A program made the translations under genes and the position numbers. A stretch of 40,117 nucleotides of DNA from an uncultured Smithella sp. GTDB lineage: Bacteria > Desulfobacterota > Syntrophia > Syntrophales > Smithellaceae. Positions 1 through 8,846 of this stretch are shown here, in pieces; positions within the stretch are counted from its first letter, which is position 1, and each line of letters opens with the position of its first letter. The notes under the pieces were generated by a model that saw only the letters and a list, made by a program, of their open reading frames with translations, made no database searches and was not told the origin of the DNA. Location: NCBI GenBank assembly GCA_964626775.1, contig CAZVGQ010000001.1, positions 1 through 40,117 of the forward strand, given 5' to 3'.

Positions 1-124
1 CCCGGGCAAGATCATGGCTGATCAGGTTTTCGGGCGGAATGCCGCGCCGGTAAAGTCGTTCCAGGGATTTGATTTGCTGGGCGCCGAGTCCTGAAGTATT
101 GCCGAATATTTTATTGATGGTCTG
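1..124 (-). CDS. possible 5' end of a CDS running off the left edge (product unknown)
   Basis: The minus-strand frame is open from the in-frame TGA at 125-127 to the window edge. It translates to QTINKIFGNTSGLGAQQIKSLERLYRRGIPPENLISHDLAR, which is protein-like. There is no ATG, GTG or TTG in the open stretch, so the start is unresolved. From memory it loosely resembles N-termini of HflX-type GTPases; this is unverified. Confidence 0.25.
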
Positions 125-168
125 TCATCCTCATGCCGGGAGTTTCGATGCAAATGCGCGCTTTTTGT

Positions 169-3018
169 TCATTCATACATGGCCGAAAGCAGTTCCAGGA
201 TTCTGGACTGGCCGGGCGATGTCGGATCCGTCGCCATATTGACCGCGTCGCGCGATGTATAAAAGGCGATTTCCTTCAAGGCTTCCCGGGAAATGCCGTA
301 GGATTTGAGCCGCAGGTCGATTTGCAGTTCTGTGTAAAGCCGGCGGAGCGCCGTCTCCAGGTCATCCGACCGGTTGATGAGGTAGGCCATGTCCATAAAC
401 GCGTCGCGGCAGGTTTCCCTGTTGGCCATCACGAAGCCCAGCAGACCGAAGATGGCCGCCCGTCCGTGCGGCAGATGATAATGCGCTCCGATGGCGTGGG
501 TGAGGGCGTGGCCAAGCCCCAGGCCTTTGAGGAACGCCAGGCCGCCGCAGAGGGCCGCCATGCACATGTCGGTCCGCGCGCGCATGTTGTCCGGCTCGCG
601 GTATGCGGTAATGAGGCTCCGGCCGATGAGTTTGATGCCGTAAAGCGCCTTGGATTCGAAGTAAGGATGGTAAGGCGTCGCAAGCGAAACATAGCCTTCG
701 ATGCAGTGCGACAGAGCGTCGACGCCGGATTCGATGGTCAGGCCCGGCGGCATGGTTTTGGTGAAGAGCGGATCGATCACCGCGAGCTTCGGAATGAAGT
801 GATTGCTCATGAGAATGAACTTCAAATCGCGGGCCTTGTCAGTCAAAACGGCGCAGGGATTGACTTCGCTGCCGGTGCCGGAGGTGGTCGGCAGGCAGAT
901 GATCGGCGGAAAGATCGGTTTGATTTTGCCGCCGCCGCCGACAATGCCTTCGTATTCGCGCAGATCCCCTGAATGCGTGACGCGCAGGCCCAGTGTTTTG
1001 GCCGTGTCCAGCGAAGAGCCGCCGCCCAGCCCCAAAATGCCGTTGCAGCCCGTTTCCTTGTACAGGGCGCCCGCGCGTTCGATGAGTTCGATGGGCGGGT
1101 CCGGTTCGACTTCGGCGAAAAATTCCGCTTCAATGCCGCTTTTCTTCAAAATGTCGGCGACTTCGCTGGCCCGACCGCTTTTGAGCATGAACGGATCGGT
1201 GACCAGGAAAATCTTGGACACTTTCATGTCACGGATTTTCCGGCCCATGGATCTGGCGACGCCTTCGCCCATCAGAATGTCGGGCATCGGCGGGATGCGG
1301 ATTTCCCAGACTTTCTTCTTTTCCCGGAACGTGTCGAGGCCCTTCCATAAATTCCGCACTTCTGCTTCGTCGACGTCGAAGACGGAACTGGTCGGCGCGA
1401 CGAGCTCCTCGCGGAAAAAGGTGGGAATCGTCGTATCGATCCTGCTGAACTGCGCCTGTTCGTTGAAAGCCAGCTGGTCGCGCAGGGTTTCCTTGGCGGT
1501 AGCAAGAATGCCCTCTTCGGTCAGCTTAAGGCCGTAGCGCGCGTTCATGAGCCCGGCAAAGAAAGGATACACGGATTCGCCGCCGGGAACGGCGTTGAGG
1601 CAGTAACCGAACGCATCGCAGGCCGCCGCCCGAATCTGCGTCGCCAGCGACGTCTGGATCTGGTCTTTCTTTTCCTTGGGCTGGCGGTAGGTGAGGCCGG
1701 CCGTGTGGTCCGCGCCCATGGGCGAGGAAAAGTACGTGACACCCGTTCCCTTGACCGCGCGGGGATCGTGGGCGGGCAGAGCCTGGCCTTTGAAGGCGGG
1801 AATGCGTTCCACGTTGAGGAAACGGGCCGTTGTCACGACGCCGTTGCCGAGCGCGAAGCCGAGCGGCGTTTCCTTTTCGATTTCCAAAAGCAGGCTTTCC
1901 GCGCCTTTGGCGTCGCCCCAGTTCATTTTGCCCGCTTCGGCCGCGACGCCCAGCGCGCTGCCCGCTTCGATGCCGTCGAGACCGATGTCGTCGCACAGGA
2001 ACTTCAGCCGGGCGATGGCGTCGTTGTCGGTGATGCCCAGGTTGGTTCCCAGAAGAGCGATCGTTTCGTATTCATACGCCGCGCAGATTTTTTTGCCCTC
2101 TTTGTCCGGATAGATGATCGAGCACTGCACCAGACAGCCGGGCATGCAGCCATGCATTTTTCCGCCGCGCTCGAACAGGATCTTCTGAATGTTGTTGCCG
2201 CTGACTTCCGTGAAATTGTCAGGGCGTCCGGAGCGGTAGTTCATGGCCGGAAGCGTGCCGTGGCCCGCGGAGTTGTTGATCGCAAACGGCGTCCCGAAGC
2301 GCGTGTAAAGGCTGATGGTGACGTCGTGTTTCATCATTTCCGCCCATTCGCGGACGGTTTTGCGAAAGGCGTCCGGATCGGCCAGCACGACCTGCTCCGT
2401 TCCAGTCGGGTCCAGAATGACGGCTTTGAGACCTTTGGAGCCCATCACGGCGCCCAGGCCGCCGCGAGCGGCGTTGCGCGAGGGATCGCCGAAAATGTCG
2501 GTGAGCGACACGGACGCCCCCTTGTACTGGCGCTCTCCGGCAATTCCCGTGGAGATCACGGCGACTTTGTCGGAATATTTTTTATGGATGGCGGAAACCA
2601 GGTCGTAATTTTTCAGACCGCGGTACTCTTCGGCCGGCACCAGCTTTACATTATCCTTCGTCACTACGAGCACGCGGAGTTTTCCGTCCCGCGGCATGCC
2701 TTCAAATACGATGGCGCGCAATCCCAGACGATCCAGATACTGCCCGGCGGGTCCGCCCGAGTTCGCTTCCTTGATGCCCTGTGTGAGCGGGCTTTTCGCG
2801 CCGATGGACATACGCCCCAATTGCGGCGCGCGTGTGCCGGCCAGCGGACCGCACGCGACGATGAGCTTATTGTCCGGGCCCAGCGGATCGCATTGCGGCG
2901 GGACTTCCCGGTTGAGGATTTTAGCAATTAAGGCGCTGCCGCCCAAATAGGTCCACTCCGACGGAAGCGGTTCGGCGGATACTTTTTGTTCATTCAGCGA
3001 TACGCGCAGGATTTTCAT
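169..3018 (-). CDS. fusion protein: aldehyde:ferredoxin oxidoreductase (W/Mo-pterin AOR family) N-terminal part plus iron-containing alcohol dehydrogenase C-terminal part
   Basis: A single 949-aa ORF. The N-terminal ~565 aa look like AOR: MKILRVSLNEQK...GGSALIAKIL..., the Cys cluster GCMPGCLVQC, and a DAFGYC motif. The C-terminal ~370 aa look like Fe-ADH: KIFLVTDPFM, GLGGGSSLDTAK, DALSHCIEGY and GHALTHAIGAHYHLPHG. A GGGGGA ribosome-binding site lies upstream of the ATG at 3018. Confidence 0.85.
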   Translation of the reverse strand: MKILRVSLNEQKVSAEPLPSEWTYLGGSALIAKILNREVPPQCDPLGPDNKLIVACGPLAGTRAPQLGRMSIGAKSPLTQGIKEANSGGPAGQYLDRLGLRAIVFEGMPRDGKLRVLVVTKDNVKLVPAEEYRGLKNYDLVSAIHKKYSDKVAVISTGIAGERQYKGASVSLTDIFGDPSRNAARGGLGAVMGSKGLKAVILDPTGTEQVVLADPDAFRKTVREWAEMMKHDVTISLYTRFGTPFAINNSAGHGTLPAMNYRSGRPDNFTEVSGNNIQKILFERGGKMHGCMPGCLVQCSIIYPDKEGKKICAAYEYETIALLGTNLGITDNDAIARLKFLCDDIGLDGIEAGSALGVAAEAGKMNWGDAKGAESLLLEIEKETPLGFALGNGVVTTARFLNVERIPAFKGQALPAHDPRAVKGTGVTYFSSPMGADHTAGLTYRQPKEKKDQIQTSLATQIRAAACDAFGYCLNAVPGGESVYPFFAGLMNARYGLKLTEEGILATAKETLRDQLAFNEQAQFSRIDTTIPTFFREELVAPTSSVFDVDEAEVRNLWKGLDTFREKKKVWEIRIPPMPDILMGEGVARSMGRKIRDMKVSKIFLVTDPFMLKSGRASEVADILKKSGIEAEFFAEVEPDPPIELIERAGALYKETGCNGILGLGGGSSLDTAKTLGLRVTHSGDLREYEGIVGGGGKIKPIFPPIICLPTTSGTGSEVNPCAVLTDKARDLKFILMSNHFIPKLAVIDPLFTKTMPPGLTIESGVDALSHCIEGYVSLATPYHPYFESKALYGIKLIGRSLITAYREPDNMRARTDMCMAALCGGLAFLKGLGLGHALTHAIGAHYHLPHGRAAIFGLLGFVMANRETCRDAFMDMAYLINRSDDLETALRRLYTELQIDLRLKSYGISREALKEIAFYTSRDAVNMATDPTSPGQSRILELLSAMYE

Positions 3019-3056
3019 AAATTCCCCCGGTCAGGATCAAAAGTTTGTGTGGCTGG

Positions 3057-3086
3057 AATATACAGAAGAAAACAGGGGCAAGTCAA
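3057..3086 (-). promoter_or_regulatory. candidate sigma70 promoter for the AOR-ADH gene (TTGACT-N18-TATATT on the minus strand)
   Basis: The reverse complement of 3081-3086 is TTGACT and that of 3057-3062 is TATATT, with an 18-nt spacer. It lies downstream of the abfD terminator and ~40 nt upstream of the start codon. Confidence 0.3.
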
Positions 3087-3164
3087 TGAAATAATAGGCT
3101 GAGGGGCTATTAGGCTGAAGGCCGAAGACTAAAGGATAAAGTAAAAGTTTTTAAAAGAGAAACG

Positions 3165-3200
3165 GGTACTTCCGCCGGATTTTTGTCCAGCGGAAGTACC
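3165..3200 (-). terminator. Rho-independent terminator after abfD
   Basis: An 11-bp perfect stem, GGTACTTCCGC (3165-3175) pairing with GCGGAAGTACC (3190-3200), with a 14-nt loop. On the minus strand it is followed by the T-rich CGTTTCTCTTTTAAAAACTTTT. It sits 8 nt after the abfD stop. Confidence 0.6.
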
Positions 3201-3207
3201 GGGGAAA

Positions 3208-4668
3208 CTATTTCTTTTCTTCCTTGATGCCGGCGATGTTTTTGGCCAGATTTTTCTTTTGCTCCAGATTGCCCTGGCGGGCGATCATGATGCGCTGCGC
3301 CTGGGGCGAACCGGCGCCGTGCATCGACTCCGTGCGGTAACCGACCGCCGCCGTGCCCAGCGTCAGGTTTTCCACCAGCCGCATGATCCGCGCCCGGTCT
3401 TCACAGGAAACATTGGCGGTTCCCTTCAGGTATTTCTCCAGGATTTTCGAAATCTCCGGATTCTTCATGTCTTTCTCGGAAGCCATCGTCACCATCATCC
3501 CGCCCGCGATGTCCTCAGCCAAACGGCAGATTTCATAGGGGAAACGGGTGACGTTCTGCTTGCAGACGTTGGCCAGCAAAAGGTCGATGAGGTAGGTGCC
3601 GGATGCCGTCTTGTGCCCCTGGGCGGAACAGGCGATGCCACAGGAAAAAAGCGTTTCGTTGAGATGCGTCATCTCGATGAGCTTGTCCTTGATGTGGGAG
3701 GCCTTATTCGCTCCGTTGTAATCCGCCGCCAGGGCCGCCGCGCCGATGAGAACGTCGCCCACGCCGACCTTGCAGCCGCCGTAGCTCTGCCGGTGATAAC
3801 CGGCAAACCGCTCGACCAGCATGCCGGAAAACTCAGTTTCGCCGCACATGAGGACGTTTTCCCAGGGAATGAAGACGTTGTCGAAGACCATCAGGGCTTC
3901 ATGGCCGCCAAACTGGTGGTTGCCGACGTCAATGGTGCCGCCTTCCAGTTTCCGCGTGTCGCAGGACTGGCGGCCGTAGATGTAGAAGATGCCCTTCTCA
4001 TCCGCCGGGCAGACGAAGGAGACGGCGTAATCCGCGTCGTCCTTTCCCATGGCGACGGTGGGCATGACCAAAACCCAGTGGGAGTTGACGGCGCCGGTCT
4101 GGTGGGCCTTGGCGCCCCGCACGACGATGCCCTTGTCGTTTTTCTCGACGATGTGGACGTACAGGTCGGGGTCGGCCTGCTGATGGGGAGCCAGTCCCCG
4201 GTCTCCTTTGACGTCGGTCATGGCGCCGTCTACGGTCAGGTCTTCTTCCTGGACCATTTTCAGGAATTGGATGAAGCGTTCATGGTACTTGGTGCCCAGT
4301 TTCCGGTCCATTTCATAGGTGGTGCTGTCGACGGCGTTCATGGCGTCCATGCCCACGCAACGCTGAAAGCAGGAGGCGGTCTGCTGCCCTAAAAGCCGCT
4401 GCATTTTGACTTTCTTGATCAAATCGTCAGTGCTCTGATGCAAGTGGGTGAAACGGTTTATTTTGTTCCCGGTCAGATGGGATTTGGCGGTCATCAAATC
4501 TTCATATTCCGGCTTCTGGGCCAAAGCGTAGGTCATTTTGACGGAGTTCATGGAGGGACGGATAATGGGGTGGTCAACCCAGTTCTCCACCAGCTCCCCC
4601 ATGAGGTAGATCTTGAAGTTCATCCTTCTCAAACTTTCTTCATACTGCTCGGGCGTTTTTAAAGACAT
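3208..4668 (-). CDS. abfD: 4-hydroxybutyryl-CoA dehydratase / vinylacetyl-CoA delta-isomerase
   Basis: The protein resembles Clostridium aminobutyricum AbfD, as I recall it, along its whole length (MSLKTPEQYEESLR..., NRFTHLHQSTDDLIKKVKMQRLLGQQTASCFQRCVGMD, ERFAGYHRQSYGGCKVGVGD, ESMHGAGSPQAQRIMIARQGN). The Cys/His [4Fe-4S] ligand motifs are present. I chose the start at ATG 4668, which is preceded by AGGAGG. The longer ORF reaching 4758 has no ribosome-binding site. Confidence 0.93.
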   Translation of the reverse strand: MSLKTPEQYEESLRRMNFKIYLMGELVENWVDHPIIRPSMNSVKMTYALAQKPEYEDLMTAKSHLTGNKINRFTHLHQSTDDLIKKVKMQRLLGQQTASCFQRCVGMDAMNAVDSTTYEMDRKLGTKYHERFIQFLKMVQEEDLTVDGAMTDVKGDRGLAPHQQADPDLYVHIVEKNDKGIVVRGAKAHQTGAVNSHWVLVMPTVAMGKDDADYAVSFVCPADEKGIFYIYGRQSCDTRKLEGGTIDVGNHQFGGHEALMVFDNVFIPWENVLMCGETEFSGMLVERFAGYHRQSYGGCKVGVGDVLIGAAALAADYNGANKASHIKDKLIEMTHLNETLFSCGIACSAQGHKTASGTYLIDLLLANVCKQNVTRFPYEICRLAEDIAGGMMVTMASEKDMKNPEISKILEKYLKGTANVSCEDRARIMRLVENLTLGTAAVGYRTESMHGAGSPQAQRIMIARQGNLEQKKNLAKNIAGIKEEKK

Positions 4669-4869
4669 TAGTTTCCTCCTGGCGTTGCGGCTTTGATCGA
4701 GCCGTCTGTTGTTTGATGGTTTGTTTTGTAATTTGGCCACTCCTTGTGGGGATGTCAACCAACGATCGCGGCCGAATCAGGGAACGCTCTCGATAATCTG
4801 GCCACCTGATTACCTAAAGGTCATGCGAGGTGGTGCGAGGTTACAAGGGTGTTCCCTGCGCTCACTTTC

Positions 4870-6051
4870 CTACAACATTTCAATAATAAAAGCCTGGCCG
4901 GGGCCGCCGCTGGCACAAAGCGCCGCGCAGCCGAATTTCTTGCCGCGGCGTCTGAGTTCGCCCATCATGGTGACGATCAGCCGGGCGCCCGTCGCACCGA
5001 CCGGATGGCCCATGCTGATGCCCGAGCCTACGGCGTTGACGTTCTCCAGGGAAATCTTCAACTCGCGGTTGCAGCCGATGACCTGGGCGGCAAAGGCTTC
5101 GTTCAATTCAAAATAATCAATGTTTTCCAGCTTCATCTTTGCAAATTTCAGAGCATTTTTGACGGCCGGGACCACGCCCATGCCCATGATGCGGGGCTCG
5201 ACGGAGCCGGGGGCGGAAGCCACCACCCGGGCGATGGGTTTCACCCCCAGTTCTTTGGCTTTCTCGGCTGCCATCATGATCAGGCAGGAACCCGCGTCAT
5301 TCAAGCCGGACGCGTTGCCGGCGGTGACCGTGCCGTCTTTTTTGAAAACGGGCTTGAGTTTGCTTAAAGACTCCATGCTGGTGTCCGCCCGGGGATGCTC
5401 GTCTCTTTCGAACAGGGCCGGCCCTTTTTTTGTTTTGATTTCCACCGGAACGATTTCATCCTTGAACCAGCCTTTTTCAATGGCCGCGCAGGCTCTCTGA
5501 TGGCTCATCAATGCCCATTCATCCTGTTCCTGCCGGGATATGCCGTACTGGTCGGCGATGTTGTCGGCCGTAATGCCCATGTGGTAGCCCAGAAGCGCGT
5601 CCACCAGGCCACCGATCATCAAGCTGTCCTGGATTCTTTCGCCGTCGTTGAGGCGGTACCCCTTGCGGGCGCCGAACAGCAGATACGGAGCGTTGCTCAT
5701 GCTTTCAATGCCGACGACCGCGCCGATGTCGACTTTGCCCAGCATGATTTCCTGGGAAAGCAGCTCCGCGCCTCGCATGGAAGAACAGCACTGCTGGTGA
5801 ACCGTGAAAGCAAAAGATTCTACCGGCAGCTCCGCACCGAGCGCGATGTGACGGGCGCTGTTTCCCGGCGCCCCGGCCTGGTTGCACTGGCCCGCTACGA
5901 CTTCCTGAATCAGGTTTTTATCGATGCCGGCCTTCGCAATGCCGCCTTTTAGCGCCGCGATTCCCAATTGAATGGGGCTGAATCCCGACAGAGACCCCAT
6001 GTAATCTCCAATAGCCGTTCTGGCTCCGCTGACAATCACCACTTCTCTCAT
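4870..6051 (-). CDS. acetyl-CoA C-acetyltransferase (thiolase)
   Basis: MREVVIVSGARTAIGDYMGSL N-terminus, with NEAFAAQ, GHPVGATG and CASGGPGQA C-terminal thiolase motifs. The start is ATG 6051, downstream of GAGAGAGG. Confidence 0.9.
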   Translation of the reverse strand: MREVVIVSGARTAIGDYMGSLSGFSPIQLGIAALKGGIAKAGIDKNLIQEVVAGQCNQAGAPGNSARHIALGAELPVESFAFTVHQQCCSSMRGAELLSQEIMLGKVDIGAVVGIESMSNAPYLLFGARKGYRLNDGERIQDSLMIGGLVDALLGYHMGITADNIADQYGISRQEQDEWALMSHQRACAAIEKGWFKDEIVPVEIKTKKGPALFERDEHPRADTSMESLSKLKPVFKKDGTVTAGNASGLNDAGSCLIMMAAEKAKELGVKPIARVVASAPGSVEPRIMGMGVVPAVKNALKFAKMKLENIDYFELNEAFAAQVIGCNRELKISLENVNAVGSGISMGHPVGATGARLIVTMMGELRRRGKKFGCAALCASGGPGQAFIIEML

Positions 6052-6437
6052 GATTTTGACCTCTCTCAATTTTATTTTTTGCGCTTTGGAAATAAGCGTT
6101 AATACACGTTTTGAACCACCCGATACCGCGGCAGTCCATCGCTTCTGACCAATAACTTACAAAAGTCTCTTTTCAAAATATTCGTGCTCTTACCAATTAT
6201 TATTTTATGTGGCAAGTCCTTATTAACGAATAGACCTAAAAGCGCTGAAAGAAGAACCGCATAGTAATCATTATGTAATAACAAAGGGATACGTATTACG
6301 TCCGTTTGTTTTGCAGGCGAATATTGAACATGGATAAATTGTGTATTTGTTTTTTCAATTAGGCAAATCTTTTCAGTGAAGATCCGTTCCTGCCTTGATC
6401 AAAGATATAGGGATCGGGGGTAAGTCTGAATACATTT

Positions 6438-7550
6438 TTACAACAGGCTCGCAAATCCACGGATATCGTTAATGGTTGCCAAGTACACCTCTGGCATCGC
6501 GGTTCTAAACATGCAATCACCGATGTGGCATGTGCCGTTTACCGTACGGCCGACCGCCTTGACGGAAGCGTGCAATAATTTGCGATAGTAAGCCAGTCCT
6601 TCATCTCGGAGAGGGCAGAGTTCATTGACGGATATGACGTGCGGCGGGAGACCGATCAGGTCTTCCTTTGCGGCGAAGTAAGGCCAGCACAGGGGGTTGT
6701 GGTTGTTGGACCCGCCGGGATCATAGACTGAAGCCAAGACGCTGCTCAGGGCATTATTGACAAAGTACAGGTCATTTTCCGTCAGAGACGGAAGGTTTTC
6801 AGTCTGCTGGGATGGTTCCCAGGCATACGCGCCATAGATATACGGCGCCATGGCATAAACGCCGTTAATGATCTGCAGGAGTCCATCTCGTTTGGCTTTC
6901 AACGCTGTCGCCAGGGCGAGATTTGCCCCTCCTGAGTCTCCGGAAATCACTATCTTGGAAAGGCCAAGCCGCTTGCGGTTGGCATGGAGCCACGCCAGCG
7001 CGCTGGTGCAGTCGTCCAGTCCGCTGGGAAATGGATGCGGACCCAAAATCCCCGCCGCATTGCGGAATTCAACCCCGACGGCAACCATACCGGCCGCTGC
7101 GAGGTGATCTCGCCATTGTTGATACAGGGGACCGGCAGCCTGCAACATAACCATTGCCCCGCCGTGCAAATGGAGAATGCAGGGCAATGGTTTTTTTATG
7201 TGATCAGGTTCGTGGATGTAAAGATGCAAGGAATGACCATCAATCCCTGTGATGGTTTCGGTTGTCCGCACCACCGTGGTGATCTCCGGCGCGTCCTTCA
7301 CCAACGCCGCAAAAAAGGCCTCAAAACCGGTTTCCGCCGCTGCACAGAAATGGAGCTTGTCGGCAAGGGTAGAATCCGGTCGGACAGGAGGCGCGGGCGG
7401 AAAGGTATCTAATCCGAATGGCGCCAGCGCAGCGACCATGCGCGGATCGGAACGGGGGTCCTGCCGGAGATCACTCGCCGGATTACCCAGGCGCCCCGGT
7501 AAGACCATGTTACGCCTTTTTCCGTTGGTTTCGACGTTTATCGGATGCAA
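6438..7550 (-). CDS. alpha/beta-fold carboxylesterase, hormone-sensitive-lipase type (family IV)
   Basis: An HGG oxyanion motif (LHLHGGAMVM), a GDSGG nucleophile elbow (ISGDSGGANLA) and no signal peptide. The TTG start at 7550 is preceded by AAGGAG. Confidence 0.8.
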   Translation of the reverse strand: MHPINVETNGKRRNMVLPGRLGNPASDLRQDPRSDPRMVAALAPFGLDTFPPAPPVRPDSTLADKLHFCAAAETGFEAFFAALVKDAPEITTVVRTTETITGIDGHSLHLYIHEPDHIKKPLPCILHLHGGAMVMLQAAGPLYQQWRDHLAAAGMVAVGVEFRNAAGILGPHPFPSGLDDCTSALAWLHANRKRLGLSKIVISGDSGGANLALATALKAKRDGLLQIINGVYAMAPYIYGAYAWEPSQQTENLPSLTENDLYFVNNALSSVLASVYDPGGSNNHNPLCWPYFAAKEDLIGLPPHVISVNELCPLRDEGLAYYRKLLHASVKAVGRTVNGTCHIGDCMFRTAMPEVYLATINDIRGFASLL

Positions 7551-7574
7551 GGGGATTCTCCTTTTGTTGTTACG

Positions 7575-8846
7575 TCAATCTAGGATTGCCTGATACACCG
7601 CATTGCGCAAAATTTTACGGTCATAAAGCCGCTGGGCCGGTTCCTGAATCATAAAAATAACGAAGAGCTCTTTTTGAGGATCAACCCAGAAACTGGTGCC
7701 GGCCAATCCGTACCAGTAATAATCTCCTGCGCTTCCCGGCCAGGGTTCTTTACCGTCCTGAAGCCGGACGGCGACGCCCATTCCGTAGCCATAACCGGCG
7801 CCCGGCAAGTAAAGAGGACCGGGTTTGATTTCGGGCCCTAGTTGATTGGTTGTCATCTGTTCTATCATTTTGGGTTCGAGCAGTCGAACACCGTCAAGCT
7901 GTCCTTTGTTGAGCATCATTTGCAAAAAGCGGGCGTAGTCGGCCGCCGTGGAGACCATCCCCGCGCCGCCGGAGAGCCAGGTCGGCGCTGTGCTGACGTT
8001 AATCAGAAAAGGAACCTTTCCTGTTTTAGGATCTTTTTGTCCTTGGGCCAGGCGGTTCAGTCTGTCCGGCTGTACGTAGAATGCGGAATCCGTCATTTTA
8101 AGAGGACGGGTAATTCGTTCCTCGACAAAACGGTCCAGAGGTATTCCGGAAACGATTTCAATGACGCGGCCCAGAATATCCGTTGAAAGGCTGTATTCCC
8201 AGGTGGTGCCAGGCTCGTGGGCCAGCGGCAGTTTGCTCAGCTTTGCGGCAATATCCTGGAGATTCTGGTTGGGCATTTCCACGCCCGCCTTGATGTAAAG
8301 CGATTTCGTTGCGGATTTTCCAAGGAATCCGTAAGTTAATCCGGATGTATGTCTCAGCAGATCGAGAATCGTCATGGGTTTGGTCGCGGGTTTTTCGATG
8401 CAGACCGGATTGCTGCTGGCGTCCTTGGATTCCTCGCAGACCTTGAGGTCGGCGAAGGCAGGGATAAATTTGGACACCGGGTCCGAAAGCGTCATTTTGC
8501 CTTCCTGAACCAGCATCAGGGCGCCCACCGTCACAACAGGCTTCGTCATGGAGTAAATGCGGAAAATGGAGTCCTTCTGCATGGCCGACTTATTTTCTTT
8601 ATCCCGCATGCCGAAACTCTCAAAGTAAGCGATTTTACCGCGTCTTGCGACCAGAACCACGGCCCCGGGCAGTTTTTCCACCTGAACATCCGCCGCGACC
8701 GTCTCCGTGATGCGGTTGAGTTTTTCAGATGATAAGCCCACGCTTTCCGGCTTGACAGCGGAAAGATTGCCTGCGCACCCCGCTGTCATGTAAACCAAAA
8801 CGGCAGTCAGGATGACCTTTAACCAGAAACGTTTGATCGTTTTCAT
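7575..8846 (-). CDS. beta-lactamase-fold serine hydrolase (family VIII esterase / class C-like), predicted lipoprotein
   Basis: An S-x-x-K motif (IYSMTKPV). The N-terminal signal peptide has a lipobox-like sequence, VLVYMTAGC. The start overlaps the upstream stop (ATGA). Confidence 0.8.
   Translation of the reverse strand: MKTIKRFWLKVILTAVLVYMTAGCAGNLSAVKPESVGLSSEKLNRITETVAADVQVEKLPGAVVLVARRGKIAYFESFGMRDKENKSAMQKDSIFRIYSMTKPVVTVGALMLVQEGKMTLSDPVSKFIPAFADLKVCEESKDASSNPVCIEKPATKPMTILDLLRHTSGLTYGFLGKSATKSLYIKAGVEMPNQNLQDIAAKLSKLPLAHEPGTTWEYSLSTDILGRVIEIVSGIPLDRFVEERITRPLKMTDSAFYVQPDRLNRLAQGQKDPKTGKVPFLINVSTAPTWLSGGAGMVSTAADYARFLQMMLNKGQLDGVRLLEPKMIEQMTTNQLGPEIKPGPLYLPGAGYGYGMGVAVRLQDGKEPWPGSAGDYYWYGLAGTSFWVDPQKELFVIFMIQEPAQRLYDRKILRNAVYQAILD

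Noticed and set aside
4669-4758. N-terminal extensions of several track ORFs: abfD to 4758, hydrolase to 9718, LivG-type to 13771, biotin carboxylase to 37918, LivF-type from 23304, SBP from 26743, cstA from 29366.
   Set aside because: In each case an internal ATG has a good Shine-Dalgarno sequence and coincides with the conserved family N-terminus or with the upstream gene's stop. The extension is basic low-complexity sequence or overlaps the neighbouring gene.
6099-6284. A 61-aa minus-strand ORF in the AT-rich region upstream of the thiolase gene.
   Set aside because: It has no ribosome-binding site and no recognisable motif, and its codon usage is AT-rich, unlike all neighbouring genes. 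The region is better explained as a promoter or operator region.
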